A stretch of DNA of 64,000 nt from an uncultured Candidatus Saccharibacteria bacterium (GCA_964489135.1 CAZAXK010000002.1:25692-89691), one strand, 5' to 3'. Positions 9,658 to 19,102 are shown, counted from the stretch's first letter. Numbers and translations: made by a program. The notes: a model not told the origin generated them from the sequence alone.

Positions 9658-10755
9658 TTATTCCGCCTTGATGTAGGCGCCATTCTTGAGAGTCCAGAGC
9701 TCGAGAGCAAAGGTCACCGATCGGTCGCTTTGGTAGCCGAATCCTTGGATTGCTGGGTTAGCGTATTTGTAATCCATTGCCTGAGAGACAAATTTCTTCG
9801 AGTCGAAGTTTGGAGATCGCATTATGCCAAGCACCGCTTTGGTAATGTCGTAGCCCAAAGCAGAAACATAATCTTCCGGATCCTTGCCATACTTCGTCTT
9901 ATACTTTGCGGTAAAATCGGAGCTAAATTTGTTCGGCGCAATACCGGGAGCAAAAGTGCCCTCGATCGAAGCTCCGAAATCCTTCACGGCCTGCATGTTG
10001 AGATCGACGAAGGTGATCCTCATCCCTTTATAACCCCTTTCCTTGAGGATTTTCATAAGGGTGAACGCTTGCGAAGTATCACCACTTGCCATGAATACCG
10101 CATCGGCTTTGGCTGCGATCACTTTGTCCGCTTGAGTTTTGAGGTCTCTGCTTTCGAAAGGGACGAGCTCATTGACCGCGACCGAGTATCCCCCATCCTT
10201 GGCCAAAGCCACCATTCCGTCGCGAGAATTGATGCCGAAGTCATCATTGGTATTTACCAAAGCGACTGTTTTAACACCTTGCTTCTTGATTTGCGGTAAG
10301 ACCGTCTTCAACTGATCAAGAGCACCGGGGTATCCACAAAATACATTGTCCAAGTCTTTGAACTGGTCGGAACAGTAAGAGGCAGAAAAGATGGTAACAC
10401 CTTTGGCCTTGGCCATTGGGGCGACGGCGACGACCTCATCCGGCACATAAAGACCGACGAGCACATCTACCTTATCAACCTCCAAAAGCTTTTTGGCTGC
10501 ACTTACTCCGTCGACAGTGTCGGTATGGTCGTCTTCTATGATAAAGGTTACCTTGCTCGGATCGAATTCTGATTTGACAAGCTCTACACCTTGCAGAAGC
10601 TTTTCTCCCGATACTGCGACACTACCACTCAAAGGCAGGATCACCCCAACCTTTATCGGTCCAGTTTTCTCCTGCTGTTTGGGTTGCTTTGCTAGCCATA
10701 CTGCCCCAAGAACCACAATTATTGCTACCACAAGCCATACCAATTTATTTTTCAT
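9658..10755 (-). CDS. LivK-like ABC substrate-binding protein (SBP 6)
   Basis: MKNKLVWLVVA signal anchor, IKVGVILPLSG, IEDD, LGYD. Start moved to ATG 10755. Confidence 0.88.
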   Translation of the reverse strand: MKNKLVWLVVAIIVVLGAVWLAKQPKQQEKTGPIKVGVILPLSGSVAVSGEKLLQGVELVKSEFDPSKVTFIIEDDHTDTVDGVSAAKKLLEVDKVDVLVGLYVPDEVVAVAPMAKAKGVTIFSASYCSDQFKDLDNVFCGYPGALDQLKTVLPQIKKQGVKTVALVNTNDDFGINSRDGMVALAKDGGYSVAVNELVPFESRDLKTQADKVIAAKADAVFMASGDTSQAFTLMKILKERGYKGMRITFVDLNMQAVKDFGASIEGTFAPGIAPNKFSSDFTAKYKTKYGKDPEDYVSALGYDITKAVLGIMRSPNFDSKKFVSQAMDYKYANPAIQGFGYQSDRSVTFALELWTLKNGAYIKAE

Positions 10756-10832
10756 TATATTTATAGGTTTTGTTAATGCCTCAATACTAACAAACCAAGC
10801 CGATATGTAAATGGAAGTGCTATAGTTAGACA

Positions 10833-11624
10833 ATGATAAATTTAGAGGGCCTCTTAGCCAAACTAAAGCAAAAAGACGAGGTAGATGCAGTTTTGCTTAC
10901 CGGTTCGCAAGGGCGCGGAGAGCACAAAGAGTATAGCGACATAGACCTGCTTATAATACTGAGAGAAAACACCGAACACATTTTTAGTCTGTATCAAATC
11001 ATCGATAACAAGCCGGCAGATATATTCTTTTCCGACATTGATGCGCTCCGAAAAATTGCCGAGCAAGACACGCTACCAGCAAACACTATGGAAGCTGCGT
11101 TCATAGACTGGCTCAAGGAAGGACGGGTGGAATTTGATAAGTCAGGTACTCTTTCTGCACTCCAAGCCAAAGTGGATGAATTAAAAAAGAAAGCAAGAGT
11201 TCCAGAACCCGAGATGCGAAAGTTTGAATCGCTCATAAACCACGGCTACCTAACCAACAAAAGATACTACGCTTCGAAACAGCCCGAATACCTAGAAGCG
11301 TTGGAAGTAAAGATGCTTGCCGATATAAACAACATCTTGGTGGGTTATTTTGAGTTCAGAAATATCCCATGGAGAGGAGAAAAGAGGATGATCAAATACC
11401 TGAAGGAAACTGATCCAGAATTCTACTCGCTCTTCTTCACCTTTATCCGGACCGGTAATAATATTGATGAGAAATTCACAATTTATGAAAAACTTATAAG
11501 CAAGGTGTTCTTCGGCGATTATAGACTCTGGACCAAAGATACAATTAGCCCAAGCATCAAGGGACCGATGGAAGAAGAAAAAAGATTCTCCCTAATTGAG
11601 TATTGGGCGAAATTAATCGGATAA
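10833..11624 (+). CDS. Pol-beta superfamily nucleotidyltransferase with helical C-terminal domain
   Basis: LLTGSQGRG...SDIDL motif and a third acidic residue in ADIFF. Confidence 0.8.
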   Translation: MINLEGLLAKLKQKDEVDAVLLTGSQGRGEHKEYSDIDLLIILRENTEHIFSLYQIIDNKPADIFFSDIDALRKIAEQDTLPANTMEAAFIDWLKEGRVEFDKSGTLSALQAKVDELKKKARVPEPEMRKFESLINHGYLTNKRYYASKQPEYLEALEVKMLADINNILVGYFEFRNIPWRGEKRMIKYLKETDPEFYSLFFTFIRTGNNIDEKFTIYEKLISKVFFGDYRLWTKDTISPSIKGPMEEEKRFSLIEYWAKLIG

Positions 11625-11637
11625 ATAGTTTATTAAA

Positions 11638-11679
11638 AGAGAAAGGCTCGGAGCGCCTGCACGCATTTCCGAGCCCTCT
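11638..11679 (-). terminator. Intrinsic terminator-like hairpin
   Basis: GGCTCGGA...TCCGAGCC stem followed on the minus strand by TTTCTCTTTT. Confidence 0.55.
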
Positions 11680-11682
11680 GCC

Positions 11683-11769
11683 CTACCCCTTCTTCGGGGG
11701 TGGGGACTTTTTTGAGGTCCTGGTCGGGACTAACCGACCGAGCCCTCCCCTAGAGCCAAACTGGCCCAT
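11683..11769 (-). CDS. Putative 28-aa basic peptide MGQFGSRGGLGRLVPTRTSKKSPPPKKG (or an sRNA)
   Basis: GGAGGT 5 nt before the ATG, upstream TGnTATAAT, downstream terminator; below the ORF-track cutoff. Confidence 0.45.
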   Translation of the reverse strand: MGQFGSRGGLGRLVPTRTSKKSPPPKKG

Positions 11770-11843
11770 AATGCACCTCCGTGGTTATTATAACACGATA
11801 TTGTGCTTTTAGTAAATGATAAAAAATCAGGGATAAGGGATGG

Positions 11844-12596
11844 TTATTCCCCGAGGTACGCCTCCACGACGTCCTTGCGGGCGAGGACTTCGGCAGGAGC
11901 TCCTTCGGCCAAGAGTCGGCCGGCGTCGAGGACGTAGAGGTGGTCGCAGAGCTCGCGGATGAGGTCCATATTGTGCTCAACGAGAATTATGGTTTTGCCC
12001 TGGTCGCGAAGTTCTTTAATAACCGAGCTCACGATCTTGACCATCTCAGGGAAGAGTCCGGCAAACGGCTCGTCGAAGAAGAATATTTCAGCCCCACCGG
12101 TCGGCGAATGCACCATGGCAAGTACCCGAGCAATCTCGAGGAGTTTGCGCTGACCGTAGGAAAGGCCGGAGGCGAGCTCGTTCTTCTTACCCGCAAGACC
12201 AACTCGAGTGAGCACCTCCTCGGCCTTTTCGAGATGAAAGGCCTTGTGCTTTTCAAAAAAAGCGCCGCCCACATTCCTCTCCGTAAGCACAACTAAAATA
12301 TTGTCCAAAACGGTCATCTGCTCGAAAAGGCGCACGTCTTGGAACGTCCGCGTCATTTCGTACTCGGGCACTTCCCAACGCATAATTTTCGCTAGAGCCG
12401 TCTTCTCCCCCACCAATATACGCCCTCCGTCCACCTTATGAAGACCGGTGATCGTATTGATGAGTGTCGATTTCCCACTACCATTCGGGCCAATGAGCCC
12501 CGTTATCTTCCCCTGCTCAAACCGCACGCTCAAACCATCGACGGCCTTTACTCCGTCAAAATGCTTTTCTAAATTTTTGGTCGCAAGTGTGGACAT
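11844..12596 (-). CDS. livG: LIV ABC transporter ATPase LivG
   Basis: GPNGSGKST, RTFQ, LSYGQRKLLEIAR, DEPFAG, VEHNM, C-terminal EAYLG. Confidence 0.92.
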   Translation of the reverse strand: MSTLATKNLEKHFDGVKAVDGLSVRFEQGKITGLIGPNGSGKSTLINTITGLHKVDGGRILVGEKTALAKIMRWEVPEYEMTRTFQDVRLFEQMTVLDNILVVLTERNVGGAFFEKHKAFHLEKAEEVLTRVGLAGKKNELASGLSYGQRKLLEIARVLAMVHSPTGGAEIFFFDEPFAGLFPEMVKIVSSVIKELRDQGKTIILVEHNMDLIRELCDHLYVLDAGRLLAEGAPAEVLARKDVVEAYLGE

Positions 12597-12600
12597 ATTT

Positions 12601-13686
12601 TTATCTTATTACTTTTCCATCCTGAACTTTCCCAAAATACACATTCGGAACTCTCAAGCCAGTGTTATCGAATTTTAGCTCCCCGTCAGCCCCAATAAAT
12701 TTTGCCATATTCATATTAGCAATCCATTTGGACGAATCGGAATCATATGTATTCGCTAGCAACATAAATGCGTTATAACCCATGTCTGAACCAAATGGAG
12801 CGTCAATTTTATACTTAGCTTTGAAAACCCGCTTGAACTCCTCAGTAAAATCATTCTTAGACATCGATATTATACTTCCATTTATTTTGTCCATATCAGA
12901 AGCGAGAATGTTTTTATAATCTGACAAACCTGATTCGAAGCTGTTATCAAAAGCAAATTTTGGAGGATTTTCGCCAACAATTTTTAGTATTTCTTTGACC
13001 ATAATTGCACAATCTTTTGGCACTCCGAAGAAAACCACCACGTCTGGCTTGGAATTCACAATGGCCAATGCTTGAGACCTTAGCGTACCAACATCGTTTC
13101 CAATATCATATTTAGTAACATCCCCACCCCACCCATCGATGAATCCGGAGTAAAAATTCTGGTAAACTGGAGTGTTGTTGCTTACTACTGCGAGTGGTTT
13201 TTTGTATCCTAACTTCCTTAGCTCCTGCCCCAAACCTCTTTGCACCGGAACCGCAGCCGGAAGAACTTGAAAGATGTTGTCATCCTCAGCTGGTTTACTT
13301 TGCTCAAAACCTAGTGCTACGGGTTTGCCCTCTTTGTGCACCAAATCATACACTGCATCAATAGTGAATGAAGAGAGGATGGCATACGCATCTACATTAT
13401 TGGTACTACTGATCTTCTTGTATGCAGAAAGACCTTTGACAGCATTAAAGCTGTCGTCTTCAATAATAGGGCGGAACTTTAAATCATGAGAAGCGTTCCA
13501 CTCTTCTAGTGCAAGGTTAAAACCTTTTATGTAGCCCTCACCAGCCGAAGCGTATTCACCTGTCGTACCTGCTATCACTCCCAATTTTATAAGTTTGTCA
13601 GCCTGGGGCGCCTGCCTCTTATTTAGCACAAAATATCCCCCGATCAGGACCGCTCCGATTATTAAGATTGCAATTACTTTTTTCAT
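12601..13686 (-). CDS. LivK-like ABC substrate-binding protein (SBP 5)
   Basis: Signal anchor, IKLGVIAGTTG, IEDD, MGYN, GADGELKFD. Confidence 0.88.
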   Translation of the reverse strand: MKKVIAILIIGAVLIGGYFVLNKRQAPQADKLIKLGVIAGTTGEYASAGEGYIKGFNLALEEWNASHDLKFRPIIEDDSFNAVKGLSAYKKISSTNNVDAYAILSSFTIDAVYDLVHKEGKPVALGFEQSKPAEDDNIFQVLPAAVPVQRGLGQELRKLGYKKPLAVVSNNTPVYQNFYSGFIDGWGGDVTKYDIGNDVGTLRSQALAIVNSKPDVVVFFGVPKDCAIMVKEILKIVGENPPKFAFDNSFESGLSDYKNILASDMDKINGSIISMSKNDFTEEFKRVFKAKYKIDAPFGSDMGYNAFMLLANTYDSDSSKWIANMNMAKFIGADGELKFDNTGLRVPNVYFGKVQDGKVIR

Positions 13687-13688
13687 TT
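13611..13688. repeat. SBP-array junction repeat, type A, copy 1
   Basis: 74/78 nt identical to 14713-14790. Confidence 0.95.
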
Positions 13689-14788
13689 TATTGTTCTACT
13701 TCTACAAATTCTCCATCTGTTACTTTGTAGAGGTGTTCGAGTTTTTCTGAATACTGCTTGCCTTCAAAATTAATTTTTCGGTCTAGTCCTTGAATATTAA
13801 CTTTGCGCATTGCCTCAGAAACAGAAACGCCTTCTTTTTTGCTGATTCGAACAGCTTCTAGAAGAGTTCTTACCCCATCATACCCAAATGATACGAAAGT
13901 GATATCTGATGTCTCGCTGCCAAATTGAGCTTGATATTTAGCCTCAAGATCTTTTGTATTATTTGCATACAAGTTTGTGAAGTACAAATTTTCTGCATCC
14001 TTCCCCGCTTGAGCAACTTCATCAGAAGAAATACTATCTCCAGTCATAAGCACAGCATTTATTCCGAGTTCTCGTGTCTGTCTCACAAATGGAGAAATCG
14101 TACTTGGCAGAAATGGGAAATATATTCCATCTACTCCGGCTGATTTGATTTTGGCGAGAGTTGTACGAAAATCTTTTTGCGTGGGAAGTATTTTTTCACT
14201 TACAACCACAGAACCTCCGAGCTCTTTGAACTTTCTCTCAAATGCACTCGCAATAAGAGAGGACCACTCATCTTCCTGAGCAATAACCGCGATCTTGGCC
14301 AGCTTCAAATTATTCTTTGCATAATTGGCCATTTTATATCCAGACCCTTCAGTGGAGAATCCTATTGTAAATATGTTAGAACCTGCCGATTTTATATAAT
14401 CATTGCTATCCCAGACAGCAACAAGTGGAATCCCAGAAGAAGTAAATATAGGAGCCACCGGCTTTACCTCTTGGACAGTAGCTGTGATGACGCCTTGAAC
14501 CTTGTCTGTTCCTACCAATTTGCTTGCTGCATTTATACTTCCAACTGCGGTAGAACGATCATCTTCGACAATATATTCTATATTTATTCCTTCTTGCTTG
14601 GCTTCCTCGACAGCAATCAAAGCACCTTTATTTATTGCCTCGCCAAAAATAGCAAAGTCACCACTCATTGGGAGTATCGCGCCAATCCTAATTGGCGACG
14701 CATCCTTCGGTCCCTGCCTCTTATTCAGCACAAAGTACCCCCCGATCAGGACCGCTCCGATTATTAAGATTGCAATTGCTTTTTTCAT
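13688..14788 (-). CDS. LivK-like ABC substrate-binding protein (SBP 4)
   Basis: IRIGAILPMSG, VEDD, KDFRTTLAKIK, FGYD. Confidence 0.9.
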   Translation of the reverse strand: MKKAIAILIIGAVLIGGYFVLNKRQGPKDASPIRIGAILPMSGDFAIFGEAINKGALIAVEEAKQEGINIEYIVEDDRSTAVGSINAASKLVGTDKVQGVITATVQEVKPVAPIFTSSGIPLVAVWDSNDYIKSAGSNIFTIGFSTEGSGYKMANYAKNNLKLAKIAVIAQEDEWSSLIASAFERKFKELGGSVVVSEKILPTQKDFRTTLAKIKSAGVDGIYFPFLPSTISPFVRQTRELGINAVLMTGDSISSDEVAQAGKDAENLYFTNLYANNTKDLEAKYQAQFGSETSDITFVSFGYDGVRTLLEAVRISKKEGVSVSEAMRKVNIQGLDRKINFEGKQYSEKLEHLYKVTDGEFVEVEQ

Positions 14789-14790
14789 TT
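14713..14790. repeat. SBP-array junction repeat, type A, copy 2
   Basis: 74/78 nt identical to 13611-13688. Confidence 0.95.
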
Positions 14791-15909
14791 ATTTAGTGGA
14801 ACGATAACACCATTCTTAACTTGGCTGACTTGATACTGCTTGGCTTGAGTCACCACACCGCCAATGGAATCAAAAGTTACTTCACCAAAAGAAACACTGC
14901 TAAATGAATGTGAATTCATATAAGCAACCGGATTCGTTTGGCCATTTTTTAGGACATCAGCCATAATCATAATTGTATCGTAGGCCGTAGATGCCGAAAG
15001 TACCGGAGCAACAGAATATACTTTTTTGTATTTACTAACAAATCCCTGTGAGGATGGCGAATTTTCGACAAACGTAATTCCTTCGAGATATTGCTTGTAA
15101 TCGTTATCCCCCTCAACAAATTGTCTTACAATATCATTCGAATATGCAGAAACATTCGGGATTATTAGTGTATGGTCTTTCAGGAAACCAGTAGCCATTT
15201 TTTCGTCATATACGCCGAAAACCACCGCGTCCCCGCCATTTGATTTTATTTTTGTAAATGTGGTCTTGAAATCAGATACACCGGAATTAACCAGATCCGT
15301 AGAAATTATTTCCATCCCCTCGCCGTTGACAGCCTTCTTAAAAAACTCAATGAATTCGGTGTAGTAAGGGTCATTTTGAAAAACGAGAGCAATTTTTGAC
15401 TTTCCTTGTTGTTTTATCGTCTTTGCCAGCCCATCTGTAAGAGAGTCAACCCGATACCAGACAGAATATACGTTCTTAATGGGTGCACCCTGTTGCACAG
15501 CGGTAATACTTGCAGAGGGGCTGATCATTAATATGTTCTTATCTTTCACTACCCCTTGCGCCCCCGGGTAACTGTCGAGCCATGTCGGCCCCACAATGTA
15601 AGAAATTCCGTCGAAGCTTACAAGTTTTTGGACAGCAGAAAGAGAATCTTTGGAAGAGCTTTTTGTATCCTCGAATACTATTTCGATTGGTCTACCATTA
15701 ATTCCTCCCTTTGAATTAACTTCATTTACAGCAAGATTGATTCCATTCCTTTCTGCCTCACCCCAAGTCGACGCGTCACCAGTGAGTGCCAAAGCTGCGC
15801 CTATTTTAATCGGAGTGTTATCCGTAATCTTCGGTGTTCGTGATCTAAAAATGCCGACACCGACAACCACCACCACCGCAACCACAAGCCAAATGATTTT
15901 GTTTTTCAT
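14785..15909 (-). CDS. LivK-like ABC substrate-binding protein (SBP 3)
   Basis: IKIGAALALTG, GGINGRPIEIVFED, DFKTTFTKIK, TAYD. Confidence 0.9.
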   Translation of the reverse strand: MKNKIIWLVVAVVVVVGVGIFRSRTPKITDNTPIKIGAALALTGDASTWGEAERNGINLAVNEVNSKGGINGRPIEIVFEDTKSSSKDSLSAVQKLVSFDGISYIVGPTWLDSYPGAQGVVKDKNILMISPSASITAVQQGAPIKNVYSVWYRVDSLTDGLAKTIKQQGKSKIALVFQNDPYYTEFIEFFKKAVNGEGMEIISTDLVNSGVSDFKTTFTKIKSNGGDAVVFGVYDEKMATGFLKDHTLIIPNVSAYSNDIVRQFVEGDNDYKQYLEGITFVENSPSSQGFVSKYKKVYSVAPVLSASTAYDTIMIMADVLKNGQTNPVAYMNSHSFSSVSFGEVTFDSIGGVVTQAKQYQVSQVKNGVIVPLNK

Positions 15910-15922
15910 ATTATTGTTCTAA
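15864..15922. repeat. SBP-array junction repeat, type B, copy 1
   Basis: 57/59 nt identical to 16978-17036; spans the end of one gene and the start of the next. Confidence 0.95.
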
Positions 15923-17023
15923 GTTTACAAATTTGCCCCCTTTTACAATTTTGAATATAGTCGGTTTAGAAGAAAAACCATTTTCATCAATACTGATTGA
16001 TCCACTTACCCCGTTATATCCGACGATTTTATGCAGATTATCCATCATACAATCCGTGTCCTCGCCACATTTTTTAAAAACTTCAAACTCAAGTTTCAAA
16101 GCGTCATAGGCATTAGAGGCGAAAACATCTGGGTCGATATTGTATTTTCTGTTAAAACTTGATTTGAAAGCTGAAAAATTTTGACTCAAGATCATTGGAT
16201 CAGCCGATGATATGATAAAACCTTCGGCCGCCTCTCCGGCTACGCTTAAGACAATGGGGTCTTCGTTCTGGTAGTTACCAACCAAAGGCGCATCTATACC
16301 CATATCTTTTGATTGTTTAATAATTGTCCCCAGCGCACCAGTCAGCTGAGTGACAAAAATAACATCTGGCTTTGAGTTCTTCACTTTTATCAGGTGTGAT
16401 CTAAAATCTGTAGTTTCTAGTGATGTCATTTCGTCGGCCACTATCTGCCCACCCGACTCTACAATTCGTTCCCCGATATATTTGCGATAATCTTTTCCAA
16501 ATTGAGTATTGTAAAAAATAAACGCAACTTTTTTTGCCTTTAACTTGTTAATCGCAAACTCCGCTAGAGTGTTGGCATTATCTTCAACTGAAAAATTAGG
16601 TGAGAAATAATATTTTTTACCCAAAAGATCACTTACATTTGCAGCCACCCCGACATTGATCACCTTGTTTGGTTCAGTTATTTCCATAGAGGGCACGAGA
16701 CCTATTGCACAAAACTGGTTGACTATTTTCAGTTGATCTACATTTACCAACTTTTGCACAGCTGATGTAATATCTTTAGGGAGGCATGCGTCTTCGTATA
16801 CAATCTCGACATTCATCCCACTGTTCTCGCTTTCAATTTGTTCTTTAGCAAGGTCAAAACCTTTTTTAATATTTTCTCCAATCGAGGCGTAGTTCCCCGT
16901 GAGAGGAACTGCCGCCCCTACTCTTAGTGTGCTACTCTTCGGGTTTGAGTTTTTATTGCGTAGGGCAAAAACTCCCCCAACCACCACCACCGCAACAACA
17001 AGCCAAATAATTTTGTTTTTCAT
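15911..17023 (-). CDS. LivK-like ABC substrate-binding protein (SBP 2)
   Basis: LRVGAAVPLTG, YED, DFRSHLIKVK, NAYDA, GVSGSISID. Confidence 0.9.
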   Translation of the reverse strand: MKNKIIWLVVAVVVVGGVFALRNKNSNPKSSTLRVGAAVPLTGNYASIGENIKKGFDLAKEQIESENSGMNVEIVYEDACLPKDITSAVQKLVNVDQLKIVNQFCAIGLVPSMEITEPNKVINVGVAANVSDLLGKKYYFSPNFSVEDNANTLAEFAINKLKAKKVAFIFYNTQFGKDYRKYIGERIVESGGQIVADEMTSLETTDFRSHLIKVKNSKPDVIFVTQLTGALGTIIKQSKDMGIDAPLVGNYQNEDPIVLSVAGEAAEGFIISSADPMILSQNFSAFKSSFNRKYNIDPDVFASNAYDALKLEFEVFKKCGEDTDCMMDNLHKIVGYNGVSGSISIDENGFSSKPTIFKIVKGGKFVNLEQ

Positions 17024-17036
17024 ATTATTGTTCTAA
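16971..17036. repeat. SBP-array junction repeat, type B, copy 2
   Basis: 57/59 identical to 15864-15922; 49/53 identical to 18088-18140. Confidence 0.95.
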
Positions 17037-18140
17037 TAAAAATTCATGGAACTTGCCATTTGTATATTTATAATAATGCGGGCTCATATTTAAAACTCGA
17101 TCATCGCCAAAACCAGCGGCTTGAAGTCCTCCTACATATGTATCCTCTTTCATTTTGGAGACGACGCACTTTTCATCAGACTTATCACATTGTGATATTG
17201 CCCTGTATAAATACATAACTTCGTCATACCCAAAAACAGCAGGCACAAAATCTTTTTCCGTTATCGCCGGGTATTTAATGGAAAGTTTTTCTCTTATTTT
17301 TTGGTCAACTGGCTGATCGTAAGTAATTACCCCTTCTATAGATCTTTGGGGGACACTCGAAATAACTTTGTCCGTAAAGGCATCGGGAATCCCTATTCCG
17401 GTAAATATTGGGACATTGAAGTCCAAAACATCTTTTTGTTTAAAAAAACTGACTGAGTGATCTTCATAAAATACGGGAATGATGGAATCGACGTGATCAT
17501 TTTTCATTTTCGCCAACATTGTACGAAAATCGGTTACATCGATATTAAATAGGTAAATTTTACTTGCGACACCTTTTTCTTGCGCCACTTTTTCAATGGC
17601 CACTTTACATTCTGGAGCAAAGTCGAGATTTAAAAGAAAACCTCCAATTTTTTTGGCGCCATTATCTGCCAAATATTCCGCCGCGGCAGTACATTGTTTT
17701 CCTATATCAAAATACATTTTGAAAGAGTATGGGTTCTCATCCAGAAATTTCTCTACCAATGAATTGTAAATAAGGGGAATTTTATTTTGAGCTGAAATTG
17801 GAGAAACGGCAGAACTTGGTCCTGTAAATTCAACCGTCAAAGCGTCCACCCCATCAACGGCAATAAGCTTTTGTGCGGCGCTCGCTGATTTTTGCGCCTC
17901 GGTGGCACCATCCTCAATCACTACCTCAATCTTTCCGCCTTGCGCCCTAATCTCGTCCACGGCCAGATGTGCTCCTTTAATATAACCTTCTCCCCAATAT
18001 GCACCCCATCCAGTAAGTGGGATAATGGCTCCTATTTTTACTGTATCCGATTTAGTATCTGAATTATTTCTGGATTGTCGCCACGCCACTCCCCCAACCA
18101 GCACCACCGCCACCACAAGCCAAATGATTTTGTTTTTCAT
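17025..18140 (-). CDS. LivK-like ABC substrate-binding protein (SBP 1)
   Basis: VKIGAIIPLTG, IEDG, DFRTMLAKMK, FGYD. ATG at 18140 matches the paralog starts. Confidence 0.9.
   Translation of the reverse strand: MKNKIIWLVVAVVLVGGVAWRQSRNNSDTKSDTVKIGAIIPLTGWGAYWGEGYIKGAHLAVDEIRAQGGKIEVVIEDGATEAQKSASAAQKLIAVDGVDALTVEFTGPSSAVSPISAQNKIPLIYNSLVEKFLDENPYSFKMYFDIGKQCTAAAEYLADNGAKKIGGFLLNLDFAPECKVAIEKVAQEKGVASKIYLFNIDVTDFRTMLAKMKNDHVDSIIPVFYEDHSVSFFKQKDVLDFNVPIFTGIGIPDAFTDKVISSVPQRSIEGVITYDQPVDQKIREKLSIKYPAITEKDFVPAVFGYDEVMYLYRAISQCDKSDEKCVVSKMKEDTYVGGLQAAGFGDDRVLNMSPHYYKYTNGKFHEFLLEQ
18088..18140. repeat. SBP-array junction repeat, type B, copy 3
   Basis: 49/53 nt identical to 16971-17023. Confidence 0.9.
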
Positions 18141-18187
18141 GTTCAAAAATAAAGTTGAAATGATAAAGGATCAGAGATAAATGATAA

Positions 18188-19069
18188 TTACAACTTATAC
18201 TCCCCGACCAACCCCTGTGGTCTATACATCATTAGTATAACCAGAAGGACCCCGTAAACAAGCTGGCGCATTTGGGCTACAATTTCGGACGGAAAGCCGA
18301 CAAAGCGCAGAGCTTCCGGTAAAAGAATGAGGAAAATAGCCCCCAAAACCGAGCCCCGCAAATTGGCGAGCCCGCCTAGAATAATTATCGAAAGAATGAA
18401 GATCGATTCGTTCAGGGTAAAGGTGGAAGGGTCGATGAAGGTGATGTAGCTTGCAAATAACGAGCCCGCGATCGATGCGAGTACCGCTCCGATCACAAAG
18501 ATGACTAATTTGTACTGATGCGTTTTGTAGCCAAAGACCTGAATCGCTTGTTCGTCTTCCCTGATTGCTTTGAGCACTCGCCCGAAAGAGGAGTTGGTGA
18601 TAAAAGAGGAAAGATAGAAGATGATTACGGCAGCCACTGCGACAAGGATCAAAAAGGAGAAGTTGTCGGAAAAGTCCAAGGAAAAAATATTCATAAAGTT
18701 GAATGAGGGTCGGTCAATGCCGGGGATTCCGAGTGGCCCACGGGTTAAACCTTGGGAATTAAGAAATATGCTGTAAACGATCACATTGAAGCCGAAGGAG
18801 CCAAGCACATAGTAGTCGCCCTTGAATCGGCTTAGTACAAACCCAATAGCCAAGCTTACGAGAGCCGTAATGATAGCCCCAAGGATAATCGAGAGGAAGA
18901 AGTTGACGTCGTATCGGGTAAGCAGGATTGCGGTGGTATATGACCCAATACCGTAAAAGGCCGCTTGAGTGATTGATAGCAGGCCTGTATACCCCACCAC
19001 CAAGTTCAAAGAGAGCCCGAGTATCGCATATATTCCTACTAGTATGCTTAAGTGTATTAAATATTCCAT
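18188..19069 (-). CDS. livM: LIV ABC transporter permease LivM
   Basis: SLNLVVGYTGLLS, GPLGI, SSFGRVLKAIREDE, PQGL. Confidence 0.92.
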   Translation of the reverse strand: MEYLIHLSILVGIYAILGLSLNLVVGYTGLLSITQAAFYGIGSYTTAILLTRYDVNFFLSIILGAIITALVSLAIGFVLSRFKGDYYVLGSFGFNVIVYSIFLNSQGLTRGPLGIPGIDRPSFNFMNIFSLDFSDNFSFLILVAVAAVIIFYLSSFITNSSFGRVLKAIREDEQAIQVFGYKTHQYKLVIFVIGAVLASIAGSLFASYITFIDPSTFTLNESIFILSIIILGGLANLRGSVLGAIFLILLPEALRFVGFPSEIVAQMRQLVYGVLLVILMMYRPQGLVGEYKL

Positions 19070-19102
19070 GAGTCAATTAATTATAAAACTTAAAGTGCAA
19101 AG

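Noticed and set aside
10833-11624. MNT-HEPN toxin-antitoxin pair
   Set aside because: No adjacent HEPN gene, and the protein is much longer than a minimal MNT
12601-18140. SBP junction repeats as a CRISPR array, integron attC sites or DGR repeats
   Set aside because: Spacing is about 1.1 kb of coding sequence and the repeats are coding and non-palindromic. No cas, integrase or reverse transcriptase gene is in the window.
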